In this document: positions 15,785 to 29,377 of the stretch, in pieces | Numbering within the stretch: the first letter of the stretch is position 1 | How the letters are laid out: each line of letters starts with the position of its first letter | Assembly (NCBI RefSeq): GCF_006345805.1 | Contig: NC_042997.1 | Coordinates: forward strand, 37,076,001-37,140,000 | Length of the DNA stretch: 64,000 nucleotides | From: Octopus sinensis | Taxonomy: Eukaryota | Direction: 5' to 3' | The notes under the pieces: generated by a model | Database searches by the model: none | What the model saw: the letters and a program-made list of their open reading frames with translations, nothing else | Told to the model about the DNA's origin: nothing | Position numbers and translations under genes: made by a program

Positions 15785-15871
15785 AGAAATAGTATATGAG
15801 TACATTGTGTATAGGTAGAAAACGTATAGGTAGAAATAGTATATGAGTAAATTGTGTATAGGTAGAAAACG
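15785..15871. repeat. 47-bp-period tandem duplication
   Basis: AGAAATAGTATATGAGTA(C/A)ATTGTGTATAGGTAGAAAACG occurs at 15785 and 15832. Confidence 0.9.
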
Positions 15872-16711
15872 CAGAGTGGGAATGTAACACGACTATAGCG
15901 TGGCTGAGAGACTGAATGCTTGTCAGACTACTGAACACTTTAATCTGTCCCTCACCTGATCTTGGTAAGGTGACAATAACTCCTGGTAAAGGAATCATAT
16001 CCTGGAACTGAAAAAGAAGCGACGTTCCCAGCAATGTCAAAGACGAGTCTTCACAAGAGACATGCTTCACAATAGTGAGATAAAACGAGTTACGTGAAAC
16101 GTAGAGTTGTAGCTGACTGCTGTTCGTGTCTTAAGAGGTGTCGATGATGTTACCTTAGTAAAGCTATCATGTTCTGGCAGCTGAAAGAGACATGATTAAC
16201 AAACAGTCACTGAAGGGTGTTTTGTAAGTTTTTATTTACTGAGTGAATAAGCGTTTGATGTATCGCATCTTGGTTGTGAGGAATAAAATAAGGCGACAAA
16301 AAGACAGAGAGCAATAAAGTGCCCTGGCATCAGTTAGTGTGTTGATATTAAAATGCGGGGAGTGTATATTTCACAGTCATGTGTGTTAATGATGTTGGGG
16401 CTTGGTATTTTTCATAGGGGAAGTAACGGATATAACAGTCTTTCAATCACTAGAAGCATAAAGAAAGCAGCAAGAAAATTAAGCACCTTATAAATGATTA
16501 GCGAAGTTAATATCAGTACAAAAGAAAATACCTGGAGCGCGCAAAACAACGAATTGATAAGTGTTCTACTACCAAAAAAAAAAATGTTTGTAGAGATCTC
16601 ATGATGGACATATTTCGCAGTTTGATCGTGTCCAAACCGTTTCTTGGATTCCAAATTAGCAGTTTTTGCCTACCTGTATAACAATAATAAATATGACTAT
16701 ATAAAACGCAA

Positions 16712-16742
<31 letters not shown>

Positions 16743-16818
16743 AACTAACACATCACAAACACACACGCACATACACATATATATTGTGTGTATACAGGTA
16801 TATTTGTGCGTGTTGTGC

Positions 16819-16834
16819 ATAGATAGATAGATAT

Positions 16835-16926
<92 letters not shown>

Positions 16927-16930
16927 ATAC

Positions 16931-16999
<69 letters not shown>

Positions 17000-17011
17000 C
17001 AGACAGATAGA
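16819..17011. repeat. (GATA)n tetranucleotide microsatellite
   Basis: Direct reading of the sequence. Confidence 0.95.
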
Positions 17012-17672
17012 TATATAAAGGGGGATATACAGACATAGATTGACAGAGAGATTTAATTCAGCGTTAATTGAAATTTTATAGTCTGTCAGTAGCTGTCGAA
17101 TTTGTTTGTTTATGTGATGTTTGCATATATAATCAGACCGAAACAGAAAATTTTATTTCAGTAATATCAAAGACATTTTTAATTGATAGCTTTCACGTAA
17201 ATTGATTTCAAAATATTTACAATATAAAAACTATTTAGATTTTAATCTATTAAATATCTTATCTTCTAATATATATGAGTAATTACGAGCATGCATACAT
17301 ATATTCAAATACATACTTACACAAACACGGGCGTGGATAGGCATAAACGATTATACACACGCACTCACGCGCACACATACACACAAACAATCACGCGAAG
17401 TATTTCATGTTATGATAACTTTTTTCAAAAATATTACATTACTTTATTGTATTGGCATTCTTATGCCATAACATATGGAAACTAAAACATATTTTGCCAC
17501 CATAAAACCTAATTCAAATTAAGAGGTATATACCGACGTAATCCGAGGCTGCACATACTGTACATGTATATGTATATGTATTTGTATATGTATGTATACA
17601 TGTATGTATGTATGTATGTATGTATGTATGTATGTATGTATGTATTATGTATGTATGTATGTATATATATAT

Positions 17673-17722
<50 letters not shown>

Positions 17723-18300
17723 AAAGCTTACGAAGAAAACAAAAGACGAATACAGGTAGTGTACAAAACAAACAGATGTATTAGTACAACGCACATATAT
17801 ATGTGTGTGTGTGTATATAGATATATAATATATGTATATATGAATAAATATATATATATATGTATATATATATATATGTATATCTTTATATACATACATA
17901 CATACATATATATATAAATATTATATATATAAATAAATATATATATATATATGCGGCAAAGTAATTTATTTTACTAAGCCCTTTTATATAATGTAATAAT
18001 TTGAATTCGCCTTAAATGGTCCCTTTGCATACTGAACACTTGGTGAAATTGATTAATTAATTAATTTTACCCTCAATTGTTGAAATTATAATTCATCTCT
18101 CTCTATATAATGCCGCGGATTTTACCGAAAAAAGCATAGTGTTTGCTGATTTTAACCCACGCTGGTGGAAAGGGGAGAGCAGAAATTCTTCGCTTGCATT
18201 TTTGAGTTTGTTGGCACTGTTAGTTGCGAGCAGATCTTCGGAAGCGAGAGGAGGCCGAAAGGGTATGCTCCTACTTTCAGTGTTTTCAAATCCAACCAGG

Positions 18301-18364
18301 GAGTTCTGAGCTGATGATAGAAGTGTCGTGTTGACTAATCTTGAAACGTACGTTCTCAAATAAC
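18301..18364 (+). ncRNA. Type I minimal hammerhead ribozyme (unit 1)
   Basis: TGAG-CTGATGA(18311-17)-T AGA..GTC/GAC..TCT T-GAAAC(18343-47)-GTAC-GTT-CTCA. Palindromic stem III ACGTACGT. Predicted cleavage after 18354. The 10.1-11.1 pair is U.U instead of the usual G-C. Confidence 0.7.
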
Positions 18365-18858
18365 CTTTGCACTTGACTTTTTAATGTCTCTACCCCCATA
18401 TTTGCGTGAGTTGAATTGAGCAAACACTATATGAGAGAGGTTTTCTTTAAGTATTAGAAATAGTTTTAAAAAAGTTTTTTCTAGCTGCTATTTCTAATGA
18501 GTTCAGTATGCGGCAAAGTAATTTATTTTACTAAGCCCTTTAATATAATGTAATAATTTGAATTCGCCTTAAATGGTCCCTTTGCATACTGAACACTTGG
18601 TGAAATTGATTAATTAATTAATTTTACCCTCAATTGTTGAAATTATAATTCATCTCTCTCTATATAATGCCGCGGATTTTACCGAAAAAAGCATAGTGTT
18701 TGCTGATTTTAACCCACGCTGGTGGAAAGGGGAGAGCAGAAATTCTTCGCTTGCATTTTTGAGTTTGTTGGCACTATTAGTTGCGAGCAGATCTTCGGAA
18801 GCGAGAGGAGGCCGAAAGGGTATGCTCCTACTTTCAGTGTTTTCAAATCCAAACCAGG

Positions 18859-18922
18859 GAGTTCTGAGCTGGTGATAGAAGTGTCGTGTTGACTAATCTT
18901 GAAACGTACGTTCTCAAATAAC
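18859..18922 (+). ncRNA. Type I hammerhead (unit 2), core mutated
   Basis: Same as unit 1 except that the core reads CTGGTGA (18869-75), an A6G change in a conserved position. Confidence 0.6.
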
Positions 18923-19098
18923 CTTTGCACTTGATTTTTTAATGTCTCTACCCCCATATTTGCGTGAGTTGAATTGAGCAAACACTATATGAGAGAGGTT
19001 TTCTTTAAGTATTAGAAATAGTTTTAAAAAAGTTTTTTTAGCTGCTATTTCTAATGAGTTCAGTATGCGGCAAAGTAATTTATTTTACTAAGCCCTTT

Positions 19099-19172
<74 letters not shown>

Positions 19173-19249
19173 TATATATATACATATATATGGAAGGGTG
19201 ATAAAAAGAAACTCTTGGTATAGTATTATATATTTGAGAAAATGAGTAG

Positions 19250-19560
19250 AAGTGGCTTCTTTTTTAAGAATGTGTACAAATAACACGGAAAAAATACATA
19301 GTTACCAGGGTAGCAAAAAAGTACCTAAGATGTTATAAGCTACTTATAAAGGTAGAAATTCCAGGGTATAGCGAAATGTTTTTGTATCACAGTTAAATAA
19401 AGAAATGGAGTTAAACGCAGGTATTGTTCAAATATTTATACTTCCGACATATGTTCCGAAGAAAACTTTGGTAATACTCCAGAGGGAACAAAATGATGTA
19501 AAACAATGCGATCTTCTCATCAGAGAAAAAGTCAGAAGCAAAATACATCAATAAGCCATT
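19250..19560 (-). mobile_element. Small non-coding hammerhead-bearing element (family shared with 49605-49822 and 62090-62375)
   Basis: Co-linear similarity with 62090-62375 (e.g. CTTATAAAGGTA.AAATTCCA and TTCAAAT.TTTATAC.TCCGACATA.GTTCCGAAG) and with the reverse complement of 49660-49820. Confidence 0.7.
19438..19531 (-). ncRNA. Hammerhead motif with GGAA variant core
   Basis: Minus strand TTTCT-CTGATGA(19523-17)-GAAG...CTTC-GGAAC-ATAT-GTC-GGAAG. Stems I, II and palindromic III can form, but GAAA reads GGAA. Confidence 0.55.
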
Positions 19561-20483
19561 TTAACCAGTATATGTGCATGTACTGGCGAATCTGAAACTA
19601 AACTTCCTGCTAAAGTGAATCACATCAAATTCTTCAAATATCACCCTAAGTTTAATCACAAGTGAAATCGTTCCAGAAACCGAAAGGAGATATTTCTATA
19701 TATAATGAAATACGCCATTCAAATGCTTTCAGTAGAGAATGCCTAGACTGCAACACAAACGAGTGTCTCTAGAATTACAAGACAATACAAAATTATGGCT
19801 GATTTAGCGAAATGTTAATGCGTATAATAAAAATATTAATACAAATAACTGACGCAAAGTAATACCGTTAAGGAAAATGATGGTCACCACTAAATGTGAC
19901 TTCAGGTGACGAAGCACCTATATTGCTAGAAATAAGAGTTAAAAGCTCTTAACACTGTAAGAGGAGGTAACCACTCCATGAATCACTAGAAACACCTGAC
20001 GTTCATGGGGCAGATCTCTTCCCTGTCAGTGTATTTATATTACGCTTTTCTTACAGCGTTAAAATTGCTAAATCTTATTTCTAGTAATGTAGTTGCTTTG
20101 GCACCCTCGGCCACATTTTTTCACGATTACATAATTTCTGTATGGTATTACATTGCACCTTGCTTTACTATTAATTATATATATATATATAGTTATATAT
20201 ACAGCAATTAGAAAATGGAAGGGATCAAGAGGTGGTATTCATCAAGATTTAATCATTATATTATGCCTATTTATTTATTTATTTAAAAGATTATATCAAT
20301 ATACCTACTTATATAATATATAAAAATACCAGTAATTATTAAAATATAATAACGTAAAGCATAGAATGCATCAATAGGCCATTTTAACCAGTATAGTTGC
20401 ATGCACTGGCGAATCTGAAAGTAAACATCCTGCTAAATTGAATCACATCAACTTCTTCAAATATCACCCTAAATTTAATCACA
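19546..20483 (+). repeat. 115-bp dispersed direct repeat pair (19546-19660 and 20369-20483)
   Basis: CATCAATA.GCCATTTTAACCAGTAT...CACCCTAA.TTTAATCACA at an offset of 823 bp, about 90% identical by eye. Confidence 0.85.
19911..20099. repeat. Small foldback element with about 60-bp imperfect inverted arms
   Basis: 19911-19970 is the reverse complement of 20040-20099 (shared CTAGAAATAAGA and TTAAC.CTGTAAGA), roughly 75% identical by eye. Confidence 0.7.
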
Positions 20484-21140
20484 GTATCTTACAGTTGTTT
20501 CAGCCAAGGGGCCATAGTTTCCCACTTTACCTCCATCCCTTCAGTGAATTGAATTATTTGGTAGATAAGATTAAGGTACTTGGGTGTAACTCTGGGCTTC
20601 GTCAGAGAGTTTAGTAAGTTCATACGGTTAAGTTATAAATTTAAATACATACATAAATCCCCACTTTTACATATACTTAAATATATATAAATATATGTAG
20701 TGAGCAGAAACGAGTAAATAAAACAGAAGATAAGCTGTTTTTACTTCAAATTTTTATTAATCTTTACTGGTATTTGATAAGTTGAGAGTCATCATCGAAA
20801 CCGGTAATATTTGCTTTATATGATTTTTAAGAACATTTTTATTAAATTCCCTCTTAAATTTAAAGTCTTAGACTTCTGTGTTATTTCCACCTACATCTTT
20901 TATATATAGGAATGTGGTTCGTATAAATCTATTATCATTATTTCAAATATATATATATAAATTTAATAGTGTCCACTTCCGGACTCTCTCTGTGAGAGCC
21001 TGAGTTCAAATCGCACGTGCCTCAAATGGGCTGGAGAATTTCTATTTTGGATGTATTTGGGGTACTTAATTGTGCTCATGACTTAGTGTTTGCTTCTTCC
21101 ATGGGTATGAGTAAGTATCTCATTTATTTCTTTGCCACAT

Positions 21141-21195
21141 TTATCACTGACGAAGGGAGGGTTCTTAGGAACTAACCTTGAAATCAGTCCGATAT
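21141..21195 (+). ncRNA. Degenerate type I hammerhead motif
   Basis: TATCA-CTGACGA(21147-53)-AGGG..GGTT/AACT..CCTT-GAAAT-CA-GTC-CGATA. Decay from GAAACCGGTC is plausible, and the 1.1-2.1 pair is mismatched. Confidence 0.45.
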
Positions 21196-22225
21196 GGTAA
21201 TAATGGAATTTTAAAGAAATTTCTGTCGACCTTTTTTGAGTAGCGTGTGCGTATCGTGAAAACACTATAATGGTTATGGACAGTGTGTCTAATTTCGGCA
21301 TATTTGGCATTGAAAGTTTTTTCGTTTGCCCTTATTTATAAGTTATATATATATGATGAAAGAGTGAACGCAGAATTAAGTGTTTATAACTTAATCAATT
21401 TTCCTGGCGCACAGACGTTGGCATTCTTTATTTTGAAATACTAACTTTGGGGAAATGTTATTTAGATACATCGGATAATTTCTGACTACCACAGCCGTGA
21501 TTCTGACACAGTTTGGATGCTTGAATCTGCTTTTCTGAACACAATGATGAATTTCTTGCGCCCGCTTCTTATCGTTTGTACAATTTAGAAAAAAGAATAT
21601 TATAGGTTTCATTCTTTTGACATTATTATGTTGAAACATATGGTTAAAATTTTAATTCCCGTGCTCAGCTTTCTTGTTATTTCCCTTACAATCCGAACAC
21701 AAATTCTAGGATGCATACCAGAGAGACAGTCATTGGTTATGGATCCCAATTACTATCATTAAAGATAATAACGTAGAAAACGTTTTATTCCATGTATCTG
21801 AAAGGATGGAGTGAACAGAAAGCTTTTAGAAGCTAATGTCATCTTTCTATGGTCTATAAGGTCGATGTAAGTGTTTCTTTCAAATACGTTTTTACGTAAA
21901 ATTTAATAATTACAAAATAAGTTCTTGTACTTCAATATGTTTCCATGGGGGTATAGGAGTATATATAGATATGTATGTATGTTTCCCTGCGGGCAAAAGT
22001 CACGCGAATTAATATAGAATTGAATGACATATACTTAATAGCTTATATACTTAATCATTGATGTCCATTTGATTTGGTGATGCAAATTATTGGTTCCTAA
22101 TATGATTGAATTTTGATGGAAACACATAACGTTAAGCGCACATAGAGAGATCACAGGAACACAAACGCAGAAACAGTCACAGACACACGCACGTAGGCAC
22201 ATACACACATATACATAGATACATA

Positions 22226-22256
<31 letters not shown>

Positions 22257-22399
22257 GAGTGTGTGTGTGTGTGTGTGTGTACAGATATATAGACACACTC
22301 AGGCGTATATTCAGACCCACATCTGTATAATAACATATATAGATACATAGTCAGTGACTTGGCGTATACTAGATAACGTCCCGATTATTTAACCCTTGG

Positions 22400-22990
22400 T
22401 CTTTAGGATGGTGGTTGTGAAATGAAATAAGAAAGGCAAACTGTATTATTGGAGGTGAGATGACACATCCAGTTTGTTGTTCCTGTGAAAATAACTACGA
22501 ATAGAACCGTGTGATGACACGAAATAACTTTCACTTGAACGTTGCCAGGCGACTAGATTTTCTAGAAAGGCTTGTATAGGAAATGGATAAATATTATAGG
22601 GTTAGTGTCTCTGTAGAAATGGAGTGTGCTCAGTGGTACCTTACGTGTAGCGTTTTTACCGATAGTTTTTGTGGGGGCGTGCTCAAAGGCTGAGTATGCG
22701 TCTGTGTTCATTTGTGTGAACTTTATTTATCATTTGGTTAAAATCTTCGGTTAAATGCTTTGGAGCATTTATGTATGCATGGGCATTGAGTGTGTGTAGA
22801 GACCTTATATGTAAAGGGGCTTATACTGAGGGGGAGAAAAGTGTCATTTGGATAGATGCATACAGTCTTAGGTTCTGTGCTTCTCCGTCGGTATGTTTGT
22901 GTATGTTTTAGTCGAACGCTTTGCTGTATTCCCCTGTATTGATGGTGGTGATGGGGGAGTACCGAATTTGAGTAACTGCTGATTGTATTC
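22400..22990 (-). mobile_element. Very old LINE 3' fragment, possibly CR1-like
   Basis: Raised GC and weak remnants of C-terminal motifs (SFFPRT..LWN-like near 22470-22520). Heavily degenerate. Confidence 0.3.
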
Positions 22991-25108
22991 ACGATGAGTC
23001 ATGCATGTATGTATGATAAGATATACTTCTTTTCTTGTGGGCCAGAATATTAACTTTCATCTCTGCTGTTCAACTTGATTTCTGGATTCTTAGAGTTCTT
23101 TAATATGAGTCTTTTCTTAACCAGACATAATCTGCGTTTCCTTTAAACAATTACAACTCAGAATCTCCGTTGAATACCGTATGGAAGACTTTTATATTCT
23201 AGATGAAATCCTCAGCATATCGGATATCGTATTTAGTCTATATGAAAGAAGAAGAGAGAATATTTTTCAAGTAAATGAACCTAACCATCTTAAAGCATCT
23301 AGATAGAAACGACAAATTATATAAAGTGTAAGCTCTGTTTTCAAAGTAAATGCTCACAAACAGTGATTAAAACACACAAAAGACACCCATTCCCCACACA
23401 ATGAAAAATGAAATCCAAAACGATTATTCATTCGGAATAATGCACATTTCAACTTCCAAGTATACCCCCCAGAAATTCTCAAATCTTTCAAAAACTTTTG
23501 TGTAGATATTTTCTCAAACAAGATATGTATTACTCATTACATTATTGAATATAAATGCAGCTGTTTAGATTTAAAAAAAAAACACCTAAAATAATATTCA
23601 TACAAGTATGTCAACTCTATCACGTATTTGCATTTTTTCTAAGAGTAAAACTTTCCCCATGAAAAGAACAATACCTGACAAAAGGATATGTTTATATGAC
23701 TGAATATACTATTTAATGTTCTCATTATATGAGTGTGTGAGAGAGAAGGGGGCTGAAAAGTACCACACCACCGTTTCCCTGATTACACTGTTTGGTTTCT
23801 GAGAGAAGTTTGCTTTCGAAATATTAAATATGTCTCTTTAGGAGGAAAGCTACGTAATCTAGTGTTCTCTTTCGTCCCGTGAGGAACGGAGACATTTTCC
23901 TAGCTTCATAACCATTAGAAGATAATTTACCAGAATTATACTCTACTACATTCCATTACCTTATTGCTTTATATTATGATTTGGAGTGTCCCTGATTATG
24001 AAGCGAAATTGAATATAATTTAAACGTAAAAGGTGTGTGTGTATGTGTGTACATATGCACACACACAGATACACACCCACAAAACCACACGCATCTGCGT
24101 ACGTACATGCATACTCGTACCTACACGTACATAAACATAGATATATATGTATGTTATATATACATATCAGTGGCGTGCGGTGACTTTTGAGGAGGATCAT
24201 GCAATAAATACTTATTGGTTGAGCCGAAATATTTTGAAATTATTTATCTACGAAAACACATTTTGTTATGTAATATGGCCATGATTTCCTCCATAGCCAC
24301 ATTTCAGGCATTTGGACAAATATTTAGAAAATCCTAGAGAATCTATGAAAGTAATAGTACACATGTGTGTGTGTGAGTGTGTGCATGAATTGTAAATTAG
24401 TTACAACAAAACGGGAAGATAATTTCAGTAAATCAAGGAAAAGTTCCTGATTTTAGAATTTTTGAAACTTTCTTCAATACAGAGGATGGTTAATGATAAT
24501 AATTTCAAAACTTACGACACAGAGAAATAGATATTTCAAAATCAACGTTTGATCTGACTAATTAAGAATTATCGGATTGTTGATATGTTTTGATTAGAAT
24601 TTTTACGGGTCAAAAGTCAAACCCATTGAGACATTTATCCTGTCAAGTTAGCGACATCAATTATAAAGAATTATTAACAAAGAGGAACTGATAGAAAGGG
24701 AGGGGAAAGCCAAAGCTGTAAACATTCGTTTTTCTCAAAGTATGTCTTCCGTAGTTATTTTATCGAGATAAAAAAGAAACTTACAAGCATTGACTTCACA
24801 GATAGGCAGGAAGGAATTGATAATTATTGAAATGTAGGGAGGGAAGGAAACATTTCAAATACGTTTTTTCTTTAAATATATCTACAGGAATCAGAATGGG
24901 AATGCAGCAAATTATGGACGGTTTCCTTTGAAAGAATGTACCTATTTTAGCTCAGTTTCCAATGATTTGGACGTCCTTTCAATTTGGTTATAAATGCATT
25001 ACATTCTTAAAGTAAATTTTGAGCTATACAAAAATAAACGGACATGCAGTGAATGACTGCACGCGATTGATACATAAACATATATATGTATATAGATACA
25101 CAGAAACG

Positions 25109-25141
<33 letters not shown>

Positions 25142-27504
25142 ACACACACATATATATATATATATAACAGGTGCTGTTTCCGTGATGTTACGTTACACTA
25201 TATTACTTGCCCCCAACAGCCCATTCATCATTTTTAGATTTAAAATTTTCTTTCAATAGATAAACTGACCACAATATAGTTCCCTCTCTCAACCACCTCT
25301 TTTTCTGAAGTTTCATCTTGAAGACTGTTCTGACAGTCGGGTCCGTTGTTCGTGCTATATCCTAAGAGCCATAAATCTTTTAACTCAGAAAATCAATAAA
25401 TAAACGCATTGCACCTGCCGCTGGGATTAGGATTATTCTTGATTTTCAGAGAGTACATGTAGAAGTAAATTTACCTGCCCTACATATACCTACAAAATAC
25501 AGTTCATAATTTAATTAAAGGTCATTATGTGTGTGCTTTACATATGAATTTTGCAGGCTTTTTTCATGCAGACCGAGTGATTAAATATTTATTCTCTCTT
25601 TAAATCATTTACTTCAACAAGCATATTTTAATTTGCCTTATATATTATGATGCACTATGTTTGGAAAATATTTCCTATGAATATCATGCGTATGAACACC
25701 CGAAGCGTTTGAAATGTAGCATCATCCTTCTTTTCCTCACTTCACATAAACGACCGTTTGAAATGAGGCGTTTACTGAAGATTCGATAAAGTTAAATATT
25801 AACGAATGTCTTGAATAGCTCTACATATTGCCTTGAAATGCTGTTCATTAGTTTCTTATTGTAAACAAAGGGTTGGATTATTCATTATGAAGAACTAATT
25901 CCTGATTCATACAGGATGATATCGTTTCTATTTTCATTTTCTCTGTTGGATTCATACCTTTAGATAACGACAATGTTTGCACGGCCGGAAGAATAACAGC
26001 GTTGTTGAAGCCATGTGAGTGATTTGAAAATCCCTTTATAAATAGATATTTGTGAAAAGCTGTTACATGTAGAAATATAGCATTTAGAGCAGATATCAAG
26101 TGTCCTGGGAATAAATATATTTCCATCTGTTTGCTTTCCCAACGTTTCAATATTCCCCATTCTACTCATATACTATTATGATAAAATAGGTACGATTTTG
26201 TGCTGTTTATAAAATGCAATACGGCACAAGAGTACAATATGTTACATATATTTTGACATACAATGTTGTTCATTATATAGCAAAATCAAATGGCATGTTA
26301 ACATAATAGAAATTCACAAGAGAGATGATAAGTTATGCTAATTAGCTTCCGGAAGTTTAGAGGTTGAATAGAACATTGATGTTAATTATAAGTAATATCG
26401 GATTCTATTATTTTTTTATTTTTTTCATATATAGAAGGAATAATGATCTATATTTTCCATAAATATGAATAGTATATTATGTGAGATATTCTACGTAATG
26501 AGAATATATTGCACGGAGTCAAAGAGAAGCATAATTATATGCTATATACCACATCAATATAATGCGGTAAAATTGCAATTTGCATGGTTTGATCATATGC
26601 GTGATATCATGAAGAAAATGATTCACACCTTGCTATTAAAATCTGAGAAATATAACCAGGTAGATATTTGCTACGTATTACAAATATTCATGTAATTTTC
26701 AAGAAAGCTTACTCATATTTTTAATGTCTATCTTTATTCTGAAAACAAAATTTATAAAGACAACACGGATTGCCGTAAAACATCTGACAGAGTAGTGAAA
26801 ATGCCAATGAAGCAATAGATATTAATTCATATTTCTAAGGTATATGTTTCTGAAGTTGAAAATCTTTTCAGCGATTCATTCTCACATGCCTTACATCATT
26901 TGAAAGGGCTGATGTATAAATCTATAGCGTTGTGTAGTACGAAGTGAATCATTAGAAACGTGTCAGCTGTGTTCTCCTTTGCTTATATATTCCACTTAAC
27001 AAAAGAATTTATAGTGGAAACTATAGGAAGAAATTTTTAGCAATTATATAGAAACTGCTGTCGAATAAACACATATCTCAAGCATTTAATGTTAGAATGG
27101 AATCTATTTTATGAGAAACAATACTTATTGAAATCTTACTGATTTCTACCCATAGCATATACAAACATAGTAAAGTTTCGTATAGATTTCAATGAAATGA
27201 AAGATTAAGTTTGAAGTTCTAAGCATACATTAAACGATTATTAACACAGTGTGTAATTCCATTGTTTCTATTACAATGACATTTGAATGGGGAAAAGTTT
27301 TATTAAACAGAATAAAGTCTTCACTCCCTTGCAGAGCACATGTCTCTTAGCACAATAGGTACTAAATTAGAACATGATACACACACCCAAACGTACTTGA
27401 ATTTATTTCTACAGACGCAAAATATATAGAGAGTTTAGTGAACACTGGTAGCAGATACTTAGGTGAATTGACTATCATACGACATCTTCGAAGGGAGAGT
27501 CCAT

Positions 27505-29285
27505 CATCGTCATCTAACATTGGAGATGTACTACGGTGTCAGCTGTTCAATACCAGTGAACTAAGGTAACACCTCTTATTTTTCGAGCAACATCCGAAGT
27601 ATTAGGGCGCTTCCAAGCAGTGATGTTTTCTGCAAGTGCTGCCGCTTATTGCAGCCCCTATTTGTCCAATAAACATCTCAATATTTTATCTCACTTTTCA
27701 CAGGGCTCCGACAATTATTGTTACTATTACCAACTTGTTCATCGACCACAACGGCTTAACCTCCCAGGCTAACCTGTTATATCTATCGACTTTTCTGTAT
27801 TCCTGATCAAATACATGGTGTCTGCTGGGCATACTATATCTATGATCCAGCATAGTTCGCTTTCTGTCTCAATTGACACTATGACTGGTTTCCTATTCTC
27901 TATCGCATAGTCGCACTGAATCATAAAATCCAATAGGAGCGTTGCATTATTATTTTCGATGATGCCTTCGAGTTTATGATCGTAACACATTTTTCCTCTG
28001 TCAATACTTTGTTGCTCTGTCGATACTCGTTACAAAATGTCCAAAGGAGAATCCGTGTTATGTTGTTATAACATCTCATATATTCTTTTTCGGCTAATGA
28101 CGTACATTGCCTGGTAATATGCCATAGAGTTTCAGCATTTTGTCCACAAATTCTGCAATTATCACTTTGTGATGAGTTGTCTATTCTGTATTTGATGTAA
28201 TTGGTTCTTAATGCTTGCTAATGGACAGCATAGATTAGAGACTCCGTTTAATCAGATCACATTTAATCATCCATAGCCATCTTCTTTCTCCGGCTGTATC
28301 ATCTTCTACATCCCTATGAAATTGCCCATGTACTCTTCTCTTTACCCACCTATTTTCAGTTTCATTCATTCTCAAGAGCTTGTATGGCGCTTATTCTTTA
28401 CAATCTTCCATACTACAGAAGCTTGACATTCTTACTTCCAATTGTAGCGGTTCTAGGGTATTTTTACATACCATGCTATGTTGTGTCCTTCTGCTCTAAT
28501 GCTTAGTTCGTATCCAATCAGTCCTCTCCCCCCTCTTTTTCGTGGTACATACAGTCAGTCTGTGTCACATTTTAGCTGAAGTGTTCCATATCTAGTTAGC
28601 AACTTCTTTGTATTTCTGTCTAGGCTGTTTGGTTCGTCTAATGCCCATGCGATTACCCATGCCCCATATATAAATAGTTAAAACGCCCAAGTGTTGATAG
28701 CTTCAATCTTATTCCGTCCGCTTAATTTCGACGTAAGGCCCAGTCTCAGTGTGTGCAAGTACACCACCTTAAATTCTTCTTTCATTTATTTCTGTATCAA
28801 TTTATCCATTTCGAATATCCTCAAGTACTTATAACCAGTATCTTGTATCTGTTTCATAACCTCCCCCGACGGTATCGATAGCACGTACATACATTTGATT
28901 TTGCCTTTCTCCAAGACTAACACACTACACCTTCTGAGTTCGAACTCTATTCTGATACCAGCGCTGAAGGTATGTATGTACCGTATCAACTAGGGAACTG
29001 ACTTCTGATTCCAGCTTTACCACAAAGTTTGAGGTCACCCATGAATAACAAGTGGTTGACTCAATGTTAGCGGCTTTTGAATACATAGGCAGCTGTTGCT
29101 GTCCTCAGAATCGGTATTATTGGTATCATGCAGAGTACAAAGATAAGTGGGGACACAGTCTCCTTGGAGGATGCCTCTACTGATTTTTCTTGTCTCTAAA
29201 CGTCTTCCATTAGCGGTCTGTTCCGTTCGTATTTCCCTATAATTTTTCCAATTAATCGCTGAACATTCCATGCAATAACCAATTT
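27505..29285 (-). mobile_element. Decayed R4/Dong-like retrotransposon, 5'-truncated
   Basis: Translations ISRGILQGD, GYKYLRIFEMDKL and ENRKPVIVSIETESELCWIIDIVCPAD. The 3' UTR matches 12820-12880. The 5' end abuts (TTA)n. Confidence 0.85.
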
Positions 29286-29308
29286 GCTCATTATTATTAT
29301 CATTATTA

Positions 29309-29376
<68 letters not shown>

Positions 29377-29377
29377 G

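Larger units (their letters stand above)
17951..19106 (+). mobile_element. 557-bp head-to-tail tandem repeat (about 2.07 units), one hammerhead per unit; retrozyme-like
   Basis: Unit starts ATGCGGCAAAGTAATT at 17951, 18508 and 19065. About 6 differences between the two full units. Flanked on both sides by (TA)n. Confidence 0.85.

Noticed and set aside
17951-19106. CRISPR-like or satellite interpretation of the tandem repeats
   Set aside because: The units are long, near-identical and have no unique spacers, the context is eukaryotic and there are no cas genes.
20715-20820. Hammerhead-like half GAGTCATCATC-GAAACCGGTA
   Set aside because: No CUGANGA and no matching 5' strand of stem II upstream.
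25915-26014. Possible 100-bp plus-strand exon (CATACAG acceptor, GTGAGT donor, open frame)
   Set aside because: The peptide is unrecognisable and no partner exons were found. Such sites arise by chance, so RNA-seq is needed.
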